Counted from the first letter of the stretch, positions 39,919 to 50,109 are shown. The stretch: 64,000 nt of DNA from a virus (IMGVR_UViG_3300044644_002048:5747-69746); one strand, 5' to 3'. Notes: a model not told the origin generated them from the letters alone. Numbers and translations are program-made.

Positions 39919-40796
39919 TAGAATTCCTCGTCATTCTGGTTACAATCGAACACATGTAGTCCAATACTTACCCACATTCTTTTAACTGACTTTCTGTCGT
40001 CATATACAGATACGACGTGGTACAAATCACGAACAATATTAAACATTTCGTATTTGACCTGCGTATCCTGACGCATATCATTCTTAGAACGCATTAGCAA
40101 AAGATCATATCCAATATTGTTATTTTCAAGCCACTGCATCGTTTCCTCATGGCATACAGAGTCTCGACCGCTAAAGATTAAGATATTATATCCACGCTCC
40201 ATATAGGTACGCAAAGCTTCAACGACTGGATAATTTGGGCTATCTAGGCCGACCTTTTTCCAATCGTATGGACTTCGATCACCCATTATAGCTAAAGTGC
40301 CATCGATATCAAATATAACAGCCTTTGGCCTACTAACGTCTGGGACGTACTTTATCATATCGATTTTGTCGTAGAAGTCATCAAAATCCTTCCTGACTTT
40401 ATCGTAATTATTGTGCATGTTTTTAATTACGCTGTCTGGAACCTTCATTTCTCTTAGAGAGTTTCTCTCCATAGCTTCTTTAAGACTAATGTCAAAAAAC
40501 TGTAGAGAAACGTCATCAAGGTATTGGCAAAAACTAATAAGCTTTCGCAAATACTTTGGGTTACAGTTAGTCTGATCTACGATTACGTCGTATCCCTCCG
40601 ATACAGCCTGTCTTATGGAAGACTCAACCAGCTGGGATACGAGTTCTTCTCCCTTACCCTGCATCATCTGGGATGACTGCAACATCTGTCTGAAATCATC
40701 TCGACAGATTCTAACTATGCCTTGGTCTCGCTTAGACTCAGCTTTTGACCATGTGCTTTTTCCACTAGCTGGAATACCTACTGTTAAAGTAATCAC
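39918..40796 (-). CDS. pseT: Polynucleotide 5'-kinase/3'-phosphatase (T4 PseT-like)
   Basis: GIPASGKST, RDDFR, IVDQTN, FDIDGTLA, SGR, YDDR. Confidence 0.93.
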   Translation of the reverse strand: MITLTVGIPASGKSTWSKAESKRDQGIVRICRDDFRQMLQSSQMMQGKGEELVSQLVESSIRQAVSEGYDVIVDQTNCNPKYLRKLISFCQYLDDVSLQFFDISLKEAMERNSLREMKVPDSVIKNMHNNYDKVRKDFDDFYDKIDMIKYVPDVSRPKAVIFDIDGTLAIMGDRSPYDWKKVGLDSPNYPVVEALRTYMERGYNILIFSGRDSVCHEETMQWLENNNIGYDLLLMRSKNDMRQDTQVKYEMFNIVRDLYHVVSVYDDRKSVKRMWVSIGLHVFDCNQNDEEF

Positions 40797-40818
40797 GAGT
40801 TACACTTGACCTTTCTTA

Positions 40819-41004
40819 TTAATTTAATTCCCCAGATTTTCTTTGTATTTCTTTTGGTACGTGCTCTTTACATAAATTACACGCATGTTTTATTGGACCA
40901 CCCATTTTTACCCAAACCCAGTCCTTTGGTAATCCACTATTAACTGTGGCGTTACATCCACAATAATCACAACGAAATACTTCGACTGATCCTAGATAAG
41001 TCAT
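40819..41004 (-). CDS. Small zinc-finger protein
   Basis: CDYC...HACNLC. Confidence 0.5.
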   Translation of the reverse strand: MTYLGSVEVFRCDYCGCNATVNSGLPKDWVWVKMGGPIKHACNLCKEHVPKEIQRKSGELN

Positions 41005-44000
41005 AGTTCTACTGCTCTATTAATAACCAAGGAACCCTTTTGACTCTTTTCCCCGAATATACCAACAAAAGCCCCCGGATACAAGAACCTTCCGAACATT
41101 TCGTACTCTTTTTTGAAAATCACAGCATCTAATTCCCCAGTGTCATCCTCAATCGTCAGAAAAGCCATTTTACTATCATCTTTGAGGACGTGTTCTTTTA
41201 TTTCCTTAACTTTGATATTCAGGGACATCTTACCAGATCTTCCGTTCTTAAAATCTTGGCATGTGGCATCAGCTGTTCCTGCTGCGAGGCAGGAGTCCAT
41301 ATACCCACAAGATAATGGAATACCTATAAGATCGTCTTCAATGCTCGCTATGCGAGCCGGAGTGTCTTCTAGGGATCTTCCGGGATTTATCAGAACTTCA
41401 TAGATCGCCTGCAATTTAGGAAGTCTAGCCGCAGTAGAAGCTGCTCCACCTTCCTTCTTCAGCCTAGCTGACTCTAAGACAGCAGTTTCGAAGCTGTCAA
41501 ATTTATTCTTCTTGAAGAATTCTACTTCTTTTGCTGTGAACATGTTGCTACAGGTGTAGTAGTGTAAGAGCTTCGCTCTAGAAATTCCTAAATAGCCGAA
41601 TGCTCCACAATTTATGAGTGATTCACATGTTCTTTTGTTAATGTGTTGAAGCACATCAAATAAAAGAGAGGGAATACTTAGTATTACTCCGTACTCAGTC
41701 AGTAGTTGGAATAGCTTATCAAGCTCTTTTGAGCTTACTCCCTTAATATGGGTCAGGCCAAAATGAACCCTGCCTTCCCTAATGAAGAATTCTGGAGTCA
41801 AGAATTTTACAGATGGCGGCTCTATTTCATAATTATCTGCTCTTGCAGAAAGTACAAGATTACGAACTTCTGCGTGTGGATCTAATTTGTGATCTGATGT
41901 GTTTAACCATTCTCTATAGAATTCTAAGGGCTTAGTTTTTTTTGTATAAGCTGACCAATAGGATAAATAGGAATAAGAAATAGAATGCGATTTATTAAAC
42001 AAATATCTGCTAGATTTTTTAATCGTATCAAATAGTGTCTTTGCTTCTGACTCATTAATCACATTAACTTTTTTACATCCATCAAGGAATTGTTGCTCTA
42101 AAGAAAATAGTAACTTAGCGTTTTTCTTACCGACACTATTATGAACTAAAATACCATTTATAAATCCACAATGATTTGAGTCTTCAGTTTCATAATCAAA
42201 AGTTTCTATTTTTCCAACACTAATAATATCTTTTACCTGAACATAATAAAAGTCTGAGTCTAAAACCTCCTGCATAAAAGGAGAACAGACTAATTTATTA
42301 AGATATCTTGCCTTGTCTACGGTCAGACTGTTGTTATAACATTGGCCAGCATTAATAAAGTGCCCAATTATAGAATTTAGTTTTTCTGATCCAAAACAAG
42401 ACTGAACTATCTCTTCTGGAATCCTAAATTTATTGGTAGACATTTCATCATTATAATCTTGCTCTATAATAGATAGGATTTTATTTTTTTTGTTTTCACA
42501 AATAAATTCCGTATACAAATTATAGAATTTACTAACATCTCTTTTGGTAAGTATGTTAAGATTGTAGTAGTATTTTTCGTAATTTTTATCATACTTTTGA
42601 GATATAGAAGAATATATTCCGTCGCATAATAAAATAGATTGTACTTGTCTCAATAGAATTAATGACGCTGATGTTAATTGAACATTATTTTTACTAATAG
42701 TTCCATCACCATCAAACATACAAGATATTATTGTTCTAAGATGATTTTGAGGAAGAGTTATGAATCTTTGTGGGATAAATTTTTCTGCTGATTTATTTTT
42801 TTGAAAATTATCAACGATGAACTTTCTTGCCTTAGATAAAAGTCTTATATCCATAACACCATTTTCGAAATTGGTTTTCCCGACTGAATCATCGCCAAAT
42901 TCTGATTTGATGCTTTTTTCCAATAAATCTATTACGTTTTGATCCTTATTAGTAATTTTAGGATACGGCGTAAGTTCTGTATAACATCCTTCTGTAATAA
43001 AATAACCGATGATAATAGATTTTTCTTTCGAATGGATATATCCACGATCATAATTATAGTTTTTGGGTATAACTATATAATGGCTCTCATCAATTTCAGA
43101 TAATTTTAACCATCCCCTACTTGTTAAGATTTGATGATTTTGGGTTACATCTATACTGAACCCATTGGCAGATCTTATTCTGAAAACTTCTTGTTCTCCT
43201 GTCGACCAGACTCGCTTAATTTTGGCGAAATAAGACTTCCCATTATTCACCGAGAGAATTTCTTCTCCAGAAGAAACAGCATCTATTCTTTTCGGCCCTT
43301 TTCTAGTGTAGACCAATGAGTCACAAGAAATGCACTTCATCATCTTAATAGAACTGGCACTATTAAATCCGGCCAACTCTTTACAGATCTTCAATAGGGT
43401 TTCTTGATAAATAAGAACGCCATATGTGTCAATTACCTTATTGATATTGTTGTCTGGTATTTCCTCTAGACCGTTTTTCCTTTCACAATAAACTTTGGTC
43501 ATACTACGACCAGATTCATCCTTACTAGAAAGTGTTCCCGGTCTTAAAATGGCTGTCAGTGCTCCAAGCTGCTCTATATTTTCTGGACCTAATTCTTTGG
43601 CCCAATGCATTCCAAGCTTACCTTCAAGCTGGAAGAATCCCTTAGTGTTGCCAGACTGAATAAGTTCCCACGTATCTTCATCATCTAATGGTGCTGATAG
43701 AATCTCGGCCCCCATAACTGCGGAAATCTTATTTAGAATATCCACCCCAAGAAAGTCGAACTTAACAAGTCCTACTTTTTCTAAGTCCTGCATATCTAAT
43801 GCGGCAACTGAGCTTCCATCCTTAGCTGGAGCCATAGGACTTATATCTGAGATCTTCTCGGATGAAATTATAACGCCAGCTGCGTGTTTCCCTATGGTTT
43901 GAAAAGTCCCTTCAAGTTTTAGGGCTTTCTTAAAAGCATCAGCATATTCCCCAAGGATTTCGTCATTTTCCCCGAGATAAGCGTAGTCATTGATTTCTTT

Positions 44001-44504
44001 TACATGCTCTAAACACCACAATAAAATAGAAGGGGTATCCATTTCTTCTAGTTGGTCTGAGATAGCTGCTTCGTCTGGAATATGTTCTGTTATTAAATTT
44101 TGTGTATAAGAGTCACATAACTCGGCTGTACGTAGCACAGCTTTAAGTGCTGATCGTCCAGATAGTCGCCCAAAGGTTACAATTTGGCAAACCTTATCCG
44201 AACCGTACTTGTTTCGGACATAGTCGATGGCTACTTCTCGGTAATCTGTGGGGAAGTCCGTATCAATATCTGGTAGTGCTGTTGCACTTTTTGTGAATGA
44301 GCATGGTTTAGTTAGGTCGATGCTATCAACCATTCCCAACAAATACATATAGTATGAGTTTTTGGGATTAGAACGGTCGAGAACAACATTTTGTACTACG
44401 TAGTTATAATAATCTACTCCGTCTGGTATAGCTTTTAGAACTTCAAGTTCTTCCTGATAAAATGGCGATGCGAGGGCTTTTTGTTCTATTTCTTCTCTTG
44501 TCAT
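41001..44504 (-). CDS. dnaE: DNA polymerase III alpha, C-terminal part (palm to OB fold), intein-containing
   Basis: LPDIDTDF, GKHAAGVII, GLVKFDFLG, GFFQLE, RPG, TYGVLIYQE, YLFNKSHS, FGLTHIKG, MAFLTIED. Confidence 0.93.
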   Translation of the reverse strand: MTREEIEQKALASPFYQEELEVLKAIPDGVDYYNYVVQNVVLDRSNPKNSYYMYLLGMVDSIDLTKPCSFTKSATALPDIDTDFPTDYREVAIDYVRNKYGSDKVCQIVTFGRLSGRSALKAVLRTAELCDSYTQNLITEHIPDEAAISDQLEEMDTPSILLWCLEHVKEINDYAYLGENDEILGEYADAFKKALKLEGTFQTIGKHAAGVIISSEKISDISPMAPAKDGSSVAALDMQDLEKVGLVKFDFLGVDILNKISAVMGAEILSAPLDDEDTWELIQSGNTKGFFQLEGKLGMHWAKELGPENIEQLGALTAILRPGTLSSKDESGRSMTKVYCERKNGLEEIPDNNINKVIDTYGVLIYQETLLKICKELAGFNSASSIKMMKCISCDSLVYTRKGPKRIDAVSSGEEILSVNNGKSYFAKIKRVWSTGEQEVFRIRSANGFSIDVTQNHQILTSRGWLKLSEIDESHYIVIPKNYNYDRGYIHSKEKSIIIGYFITEGCYTELTPYPKITNKDQNVIDLLEKSIKSEFGDDSVGKTNFENGVMDIRLLSKARKFIVDNFQKNKSAEKFIPQRFITLPQNHLRTIISCMFDGDGTISKNNVQLTSASLILLRQVQSILLCDGIYSSISQKYDKNYEKYYYNLNILTKRDVSKFYNLYTEFICENKKNKILSIIEQDYNDEMSTNKFRIPEEIVQSCFGSEKLNSIIGHFINAGQCYNNSLTVDKARYLNKLVCSPFMQEVLDSDFYYVQVKDIISVGKIETFDYETEDSNHCGFINGILVHNSVGKKNAKLLFSLEQQFLDGCKKVNVINESEAKTLFDTIKKSSRYLFNKSHSISYSYLSYWSAYTKKTKPLEFYREWLNTSDHKLDPHAEVRNLVLSARADNYEIEPPSVKFLTPEFFIREGRVHFGLTHIKGVSSKELDKLFQLLTEYGVILSIPSLLFDVLQHINKRTCESLINCGAFGYLGISRAKLLHYYTCSNMFTAKEVEFFKKNKFDSFETAVLESARLKKEGGAASTAARLPKLQAIYEVLINPGRSLEDTPARIASIEDDLIGIPLSCGYMDSCLAAGTADATCQDFKNGRSGKMSLNIKVKEIKEHVLKDDSKMAFLTIEDDTGELDAVIFKKEYEMFGRFLYPGAFVGIFGEKSQKGSLVINRAVEL
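42138..43334 (-). mobile_element. Intein (399 aa) with a LAGLIDADG endonuclease in DnaE
   Basis: MMK|CISCDSLV...TQNH...IGYFITEG...MFDGDG...FINGILVHN|SVGKK; splicing restores MMKSVGKK. Confidence 0.92.
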
Positions 44505-44698
44505 TGTTTTACTCTGCCAAAGGTTATATTGTTCACAACTACTATATCTTTTGGGCGATATTCCCATATTTCGCCCGTAGATTTAACTATACAGGTGAAT
44601 ATCTTTTCTGTCTCATATCCATATTCTGTTACTAGCCATATTGTAGCACGACCTTTCGGCGTGTCAACCTCTACGCAGTTCTGTGGCTCAAGTATCAT
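44501..44698 (-). CDS. Hypothetical phage protein
   Basis: VDTPKG...TGEIW...NITFGR. Confidence 0.65.
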   Translation of the reverse strand: MILEPQNCVEVDTPKGRATIWLVTEYGYETEKIFTCIVKSTGEIWEYRPKDIVVVNNITFGRVKQ

Positions 44699-45350
44699 TT
44701 ATCACGACCCTAGAATCTCTTAAGCATAATTGATTGTATAATTCTTTGTCTGAGGACCACTCTACTCCAGTCCACCATTCGGCCCCTTTAAAATTCATCT
44801 TATAGATGGAACTCTTTTCATATCCGCCAAGAATATAGACATAATCTATTTTTTCTTTATTGGCGAATTCACATTCATACCACTGGGAAATCTTACCCAT
44901 AGAAATGTCGCTACAACAAAAATCGTAGATAAATTGTAGGGACACTAATGATTTATGGTATCTTTTTGAAAATGTACAGGCCACTAATCGCCCATCTTTC
45001 TCAAAAAGAAAAAATGTGTCTGATGCTGAGATAATAGCGGATAGATCTATTGTTCTTGTGAAACCATGACGATCACAATATTTTTTGTATATTGTCTCAA
45101 GAGTAGAAATATCATCTATATTGTTCAATATTTTACAGGTGATTTTGCCCTTTGGTTTTTTGTGCTTAATATGTTCAGAAGCTTTAATTCTTACTGATCT
45201 TATATTATACAGTTTTTCTTCCCATAAGATCCATCCACGAGACAGAAGAACATCCATATCATCTAAAGTATCTGGAATTCTATAACACGGTGCGTGTATA
45301 AAATCCTTCTCTTCGACTTTGCCGAATCCAGAGATATGGTCAAAAACTAT
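44688..45350 (-). CDS. Aminoacyl-tRNA-protein transferase-like protein (ATE/Bpt fold); start uncertain
   Basis: Open frame extends upstream of 45257 (IVFDHISGFGK); LSRGW, RSVRI, MGKIS, YVYILGGY, YKMNF. Confidence 0.65.
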   Translation of the reverse strand: MVFDHISGFGKVEEKDFIHAPCYRIPDTLDDMDVLLSRGWILWEEKLYNIRSVRIKASEHIKHKKPKGKITCKILNNIDDISTLETIYKKYCDRHGFTRTIDLSAIISASDTFFLFEKDGRLVACTFSKRYHKSLVSLQFIYDFCCSDISMGKISQWYECEFANKEKIDYVYILGGYEKSSIYKMNFKGAEWWTGVEWSSDKELYNQLCLRDSRVVINDT

Positions 45351-45357
45351 GATAGTA

Positions 45358-45792
45358 TCACCCGACTTCTGTAATGAAATGAAGTGCTATTGGTAGATCA
45401 AATCTACCCTCTAAATTTCCCTTAAGTTCACGCAATACCTCAATATCTAGACTTCCTGTAAGGAGATCAACTCTACCATAATTTTCTGTATCTCCCAATT
45501 CATAGCCGACCCAGAGATAATTATCATCATCAGACCAGAAAGTTCCAGCTTCAAATCCATAGTCTGATTTGATCATGTTAACCAGATTATATAGATCGTC
45601 AGCAACAATATCGACAAACTTAAAATAAGACTCTTCCTCTCTAATCATCACTTTTTCTTTATGTGTCTCTTTACCAGTTTTTGTATCATATCTCGATTGT
45701 AGCTCGAACTGCTCCTCTTGGTCGATTACCGTGAGTTCTTTTTTAGAAAGAATGAAACCGACGATACACTTTTGTTCAAAATTAGTTCCCAT
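45358..45792 (-). CDS. Hypothetical protein
   Basis: ORF within the operon. Confidence 0.6.
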   Translation of the reverse strand: MGTNFEQKCIVGFILSKKELTVIDQEEQFELQSRYDTKTGKETHKEKVMIREEESYFKFVDIVADDLYNLVNMIKSDYGFEAGTFWSDDDNYLWVGYELGDTENYGRVDLLTGSLDIEVLRELKGNLEGRFDLPIALHFITEVG

Positions 45793-45794
45793 TT

Positions 45795-46037
45795 TTATTC
45801 CTTTTGAATATAAAGATTAAAGTTGTTTGTTTCTATTACGTATCCGGGACCAAAAAGTCTGGGCGGTTGTTCATGCCCACAACGTGGGCAGGTAAACGCC
45901 CCAATACACAAACAAATTTCATCTGATACTATGCAGCCGCACTTATCGCAAGCGGCTATGTCGGTACATCCACCATATTTCTGAGGCTGATTGTATTTTG
46001 ATGGTTCTGTAGTAGTTCTACCTGTGTCTTTAGCCAT
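45795..46037 (-). CDS. Zinc-ribbon protein
   Basis: CDKC...CPRCG. Confidence 0.55.
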   Translation of the reverse strand: MAKDTGRTTTEPSKYNQPQKYGGCTDIAACDKCGCIVSDEICLCIGAFTCPRCGHEQPPRLFGPGYVIETNNFNLYIQKE

Positions 46038-46076
46038 ATTGTTTCTCTAACATAATCTTATTTACATGACTACGTC

Positions 46077-46646
46077 CTAAAACTTGATGCGAATTTTTAC
46101 AAAACCTAGTTCATCTTGTTTAGAAATTGTTTTGCCATACTTTATCGGTGTTTTACGCCATGTAATTTTGTCACTTTTGGCGTCGTAATATAGTTTTTGT
46201 CCTACTGGAAGTTGCCAATTCAAAGGGAACTTTCCAGATATTTCTCCCGATTTCATTATACCAATTTTACCACCAATGGCTACGTCAGACAACCTATATG
46301 ATTGATAAATATTCATATCCATGGTCACCATATTATAAATACTAACGCCTATTGGTAATCCTTCTGGTTTTTTTGTAACTAGCATTTGATTTGTTGGATG
46401 CTGAAACAAAAGATCGCCAATTTTTATTTCTTCTTGAGCGAAGTATGATATATCAACACCCATTATGTCTGAGCAACCACAAGCTAATTTAACATCATAA
46501 GCTTCAGACTCAACTATTCTGGCTAGTTTTGATCTATACTCTGATATTTTCTGGCCAAGAATTCTTACTCGTTCGTCTTTATGATTCTTGCAGAACTTAT
46601 CTATTTCAGGAATCCCGAATTTCTGTGTCTTCATATATGTGCCCAT
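46077..46646 (-). CDS. Hypothetical protein; C-terminus resembles capsid cement/decoration proteins
   Basis: PIGV...VAIGGKIGIMKSG...VGQKLY...GKTISKQDELGFVKIRI. Confidence 0.5.
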   Translation of the reverse strand: MGTYMKTQKFGIPEIDKFCKNHKDERVRILGQKISEYRSKLARIVESEAYDVKLACGCSDIMGVDISYFAQEEIKIGDLLFQHPTNQMLVTKKPEGLPIGVSIYNMVTMDMNIYQSYRLSDVAIGGKIGIMKSGEISGKFPLNWQLPVGQKLYYDAKSDKITWRKTPIKYGKTISKQDELGFVKIRIKF

Positions 46647-47028
46647 CTATTTTCAGATGCGTAGTATTATTAGTTAAGCTTTTGTATTCATATAAAAAAG
46701 TATCATCATCAAGATACCAACATAATCTATCTTCATTCCATGAAACTTCCCATCTACCCCAATCATCTTCACTTTCGAAGTATAATAGAATATCGCCTTC
46801 AAAGATTTCGACACCTTCCGAATCGAAGATTCCAGTACTTTGTTGGATAACTATATCATCTTCATTAAGAGATATCCAGCCCCTTTTATCTCTGTCATAG
46901 ACAGCAACATCTACGCCCCACTTACTATCAGTATAATCTTTGAGATTAAAAATAGGGTCTTCCTCGTCCCACGGATCTAGGAATCTCTTCTCAATCTTGT
47001 GCCAAACTCGAAAGTGAAATTTCCTCAA
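46606..47028 (-). CDS. YopX-family protein
   Basis: FRVWHK, QQSTGIFDSEGVEIFEGDIL, GHIYE. Confidence 0.85.
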   Translation of the reverse strand: MRKFHFRVWHKIEKRFLDPWDEEDPIFNLKDYTDSKWGVDVAVYDRDKRGWISLNEDDIVIQQSTGIFDSEGVEIFEGDILLYFESEDDWGRWEVSWNEDRLCWYLDDDTFLYEYKSLTNNTTHLKIDGHIYEDTEIRDS

Positions 47029-47052
47029 AGTATATCATCCTCTCTGGCCATC

Positions 47053-48009
47053 TTAGATGGCCACATCTCGCCACACGTCCACGAAGGGGCACTCATCAAA
47101 GCTTAAATGCTTAGGATAAGATCTGGCTGCGTTAAAGAACCGACTAAATAGGAGTCCGTAGGGTAAGGGATCGATTAGTGTGATACCAGTAAGGTAAGAT
47201 ACTAAACAGCCCGAAGCCGACCCTCTTCCTGCCCCGACCAATACACCTTTTTGTCTAGCTTCGTTGCAGAAGTCCTGAACAATAAGAAAATAACCAGCCA
47301 AATTATTTAGCTCAATTACCTTCATCTCTTTGTTGAGTCGATCCCTATATCTAGGGATCTCGTCAACCGGGATCATTTTACTAAAGCCAATTTCAACAAG
47401 GTCTCGTAGTAATTCAATCTCAGGCTTGTCTCCAGCGAAACCGGGCAGCTTAGGACTCGTAAAAAAGGAATAGGGCTCTATAAGACCAAGGAATTCAGAC
47501 ATTCTCGGGGCGACTATTTCAGACGGAAACTCATAGCCCTTAGTATTTTCTACTAATTTGGTTATGGTTGTCTTGTTTGCCATAGCCCTAAGAATTCTGT
47601 ATGATTCTTCATCAGACACATCAATATATCTGCAATCTCTAAGACCTAAATCAGTCTCAGAGAAGCGAATTTTGAACTTTTCTTCATCGGAAACGAAGAT
47701 AAGGTTTTCTGACTGGAATACAGAAGGCTCAATCGGCATAGAATGGGCGATGTTGTTAACTAAACTAATTAACTCATACCATCCAGTTAGATTTCTAGCG
47801 AAGACTTTGTACTGTAAGTCACAACCAATTATGGGAATAATCCCATGATTTTGGCAACATTCCACGAAATCTACTGCTGCTGATAGTGTACCGAAATCAC
47901 ATAGGCCGACATGAGTATGTCCAAGTTTTTTTGCAGCCAACACCAAATCTATTGGCTTATTAAAAGCTTGTAGTACTGAATAATGAGTACGATTAAGTAA
48001 TTGGGCCAT
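47053..48009 (-). CDS. dnaE: DNA polymerase III alpha, N-terminal part (PHP to start of palm)
   Basis: RTHYSVL, GLCDFG, PIIGC, ARNLTGWYEL, YFLIVQDF, GAGRGSASGCLVSYLTGIT, LLFSRFFN. Confidence 0.92.
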   Translation of the reverse strand: MAQLLNRTHYSVLQAFNKPIDLVLAAKKLGHTHVGLCDFGTLSAAVDFVECCQNHGIIPIIGCDLQYKVFARNLTGWYELISLVNNIAHSMPIEPSVFQSENLIFVSDEEKFKIRFSETDLGLRDCRYIDVSDEESYRILRAMANKTTITKLVENTKGYEFPSEIVAPRMSEFLGLIEPYSFFTSPKLPGFAGDKPEIELLRDLVEIGFSKMIPVDEIPRYRDRLNKEMKVIELNNLAGYFLIVQDFCNEARQKGVLVGAGRGSASGCLVSYLTGITLIDPLPYGLLFSRFFNAARSYPKHLSFDECPFVDVWRDVAI

Positions 48010-48131
48010 TTTATTTCCTTGATGTTGGTACAACCGTAGTTATAAGACCTACGAATAGAAAAAATCCCCAACCACCTTTGTCTTGTGAAGCCAAATAAGC
48101 TGCTGATACTATTGACGTGATTGATACGAGA

Positions 48132-48524
48132 TTATACAGAAGAACCATGGAACACAGCCTTTCTATTTTCGTCAATAAATTGCCCAATTTCTACATGAGT
48201 CATATCACTATTATCATTTAGACTAACTAGACTTGTGTGTGGTTCTATTCGTTCAAGCCATTTTTTCTTTACATATTCTTTTTTTATATTTCCGGCACCG
48301 GATACGCCAATAGCTTTTCCAGTTAACTTAAAGTCGTCAAGATCCTCATTATGTAATCCTTCTACCTCATTCCTATTAGGCAATTCTTCTATTCCACAAA
48401 CCTTAACGGCAACACCTAAGCAACACATACACTGGTTAAGTGTGTTCATAGCCCCTTTAAGTTTTCGGGTTTTCCCCGATTTGAGGGTGTCGATCCATAG
48501 CTTTTGATATTTGTTCAGTCTCAT
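48132..48524 (-). CDS. Hypothetical phage protein
   Basis: WIDTLKSG, MCCLGV, LNDN...EIGQFI. Confidence 0.7.
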   Translation of the reverse strand: MRLNKYQKLWIDTLKSGKTRKLKGAMNTLNQCMCCLGVAVKVCGIEELPNRNEVEGLHNEDLDDFKLTGKAIGVSGAGNIKKEYVKKKWLERIEPHTSLVSLNDNSDMTHVEIGQFIDENRKAVFHGSSV

Positions 48525-48663
48525 TTATCTTCTCCTAATAATGTAACCACGACCAAATGGCCTGATCATTTCTTTTTTACTGATATACCCGTTTCCAAAC
48601 TTTCGTACTATATCCGTAGAACCATTTCGTGTAACGATTATATTTTGGCCAAATTTACGAATT

Positions 48664-49080
48664 TCATCCCCCAGACTCTGGGAAGATATCGCTAGGATGA
48701 TCAATAGGAAAAAAGATCGGCAAATTATACCATTCACCATTGAAGAAATCTGATGGTTTTTTGCCGGACGATTGGAGGGTATCAACAAGAACCTCCCATA
48801 TTTCTCTAACAGGCGATGAAAAAGCATTTTTAGATCCTTTGTTGCTACTTAACCAAAATTCAATAGAACCACTTATATCTGATGGCTGCACTGAATATTC
48901 TGGTAGGAGTGTTTCAGTAAATGAAATCAAAACATCTTCGTGTACTGGAATGAATGGGCATTGTGCCTTTAGTTTATTACTAACATAGGAGATAGCGATA
49001 AACCATATGGGCGTATCTTCGTCTTTACCGACAATCATCACATGATAATAACCATCGAAATAAACTTCGCCGATCTTCAT
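48664..49080 (-). CDS. Hypothetical protein
   Basis: ORF within the operon. Confidence 0.5.
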   Translation of the reverse strand: MKIGEVYFDGYYHVMIVGKDEDTPIWFIAISYVSNKLKAQCPFIPVHEDVLISFTETLLPEYSVQPSDISGSIEFWLSSNKGSKNAFSSPVREIWEVLVDTLQSSGKKPSDFFNGEWYNLPIFFPIDHPSDIFPESGG

Positions 49081-49340
49081 TATACCTTCCTTTTTGGTGG
49101 AGTCCAGCCTTGTTCTAGTAAATCTTTCTCTAATTTCTGGGTCATTTTGGTATGAGGCATATAAAAGAAAAGATGACCTGATACGTTACCGAAAACAAAA
49201 GAAACAAACGGGGATGCAAAGATAGAATCCTGCACGAATCTACTGATTGATGAATCTACCCCATAGAAGCATACTACAATAAGATCATATATACCGAGAC
49301 CTATCATGCATGCAAGGCAAATTATAGCTGTTTTAGACAT
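49080..49340 (-). CDS. Small membrane protein
   Basis: Two TM-like segments; SISR, GHLF. Confidence 0.6.
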   Translation of the reverse strand: MSKTAIICLACMIGLGIYDLIVVCFYGVDSSISRFVQDSIFASPFVSFVFGNVSGHLFFYMPHTKMTQKLEKDLLEQGWTPPKRKV

Positions 49341-49599
49341 ACTTATCTTCTATAACCTCGAAAAAAACTTTTGGCACATTAATTAAATATTGACGATCTC
49401 CATCTATACAACCATCTGACCAAACTAATATATTACAATAATCTGGTTTTCTTCCAGTTAAAGTCTTTGGTGGCGTTTCTACAGATATGACTTCGAATGG
49501 GACTGGTTTTATTTGTATCGCTTTTGTTTCGTAAAGTCCCATAAAGCCACCACCTTTTTGTTCTAACACAAAAGTTGGTTCATGAAATTTTATAATCAT
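49333..49599 (-). CDS. Hypothetical protein
   Basis: ORF within the operon. Confidence 0.55.
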   Translation of the reverse strand: MIIKFHEPTFVLEQKGGGFMGLYETKAIQIKPVPFEVISVETPPKTLTGRKPDYCNILVWSDGCIDGDRQYLINVPKVFFEVIEDKYV

Positions 49600-49605
49600 T
49601 AGTAC

Positions 49606-50109
49606 TCAAAATTTCTCCCTAGTGTCTTCGACACTCGATAAAGTAGAAATATGATTTAATTGGTCGATCCTTATAGACCTACAATCTTCTTTCACTTCAA
49701 AAGACCCATCCATATCTCCCTTCTTTTGGGCGATTCCGTCAGACAAAAGTCTTTCTTTCGTTATATACCCCAAAAGCCAGCACTTCTTCTTAGTGAGATC
49801 TACCCTAGCGAATACGTATTGATCTGTATCGTTGCCAAGCTGGTATTCCATTACAGAGCATAGATAATTCCCCTTTGGTTTTGACGAGGCTGATTTGGTC
49901 TTTACATCCACCCTCTTTTCTTTTATGAGGATATCATGATCATAATTATCAACTATAATCCCGCCAGTATATTTAGCGGTTATAATTTCCCCTATGAAAC
50001 CTACAACATTTCCTTTACCATAGAGTCTTGACGATGACAATATGCCCATCAATTCACTACGTCTCTCAGCTTCGATGATATCATCATCATATATGTCAAA
50101 CTCTATCAT
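49606..50109 (-). CDS. Putative PD-(D/E)XK nuclease-fold protein
   Basis: GFIGE, YDHD, VDVKTK, YVFARV, WLLG. Confidence 0.6.
   Translation of the reverse strand: MIEFDIYDDDIIEAERRSELMGILSSSRLYGKGNVVGFIGEIITAKYTGGIIVDNYDHDILIKEKRVDVKTKSASSKPKGNYLCSVMEYQLGNDTDQYVFARVDLTKKKCWLLGYITKERLLSDGIAQKKGDMDGSFEVKEDCRSIRIDQLNHISTLSSVEDTREKF

Noticed and set aside
44505-47052. Group I/II intron or split intein joining the dnaE halves
   Set aside because: The interval is fully occupied by ordinary small genes. I saw no intron core, RT or intein terminal motifs at the gene ends.
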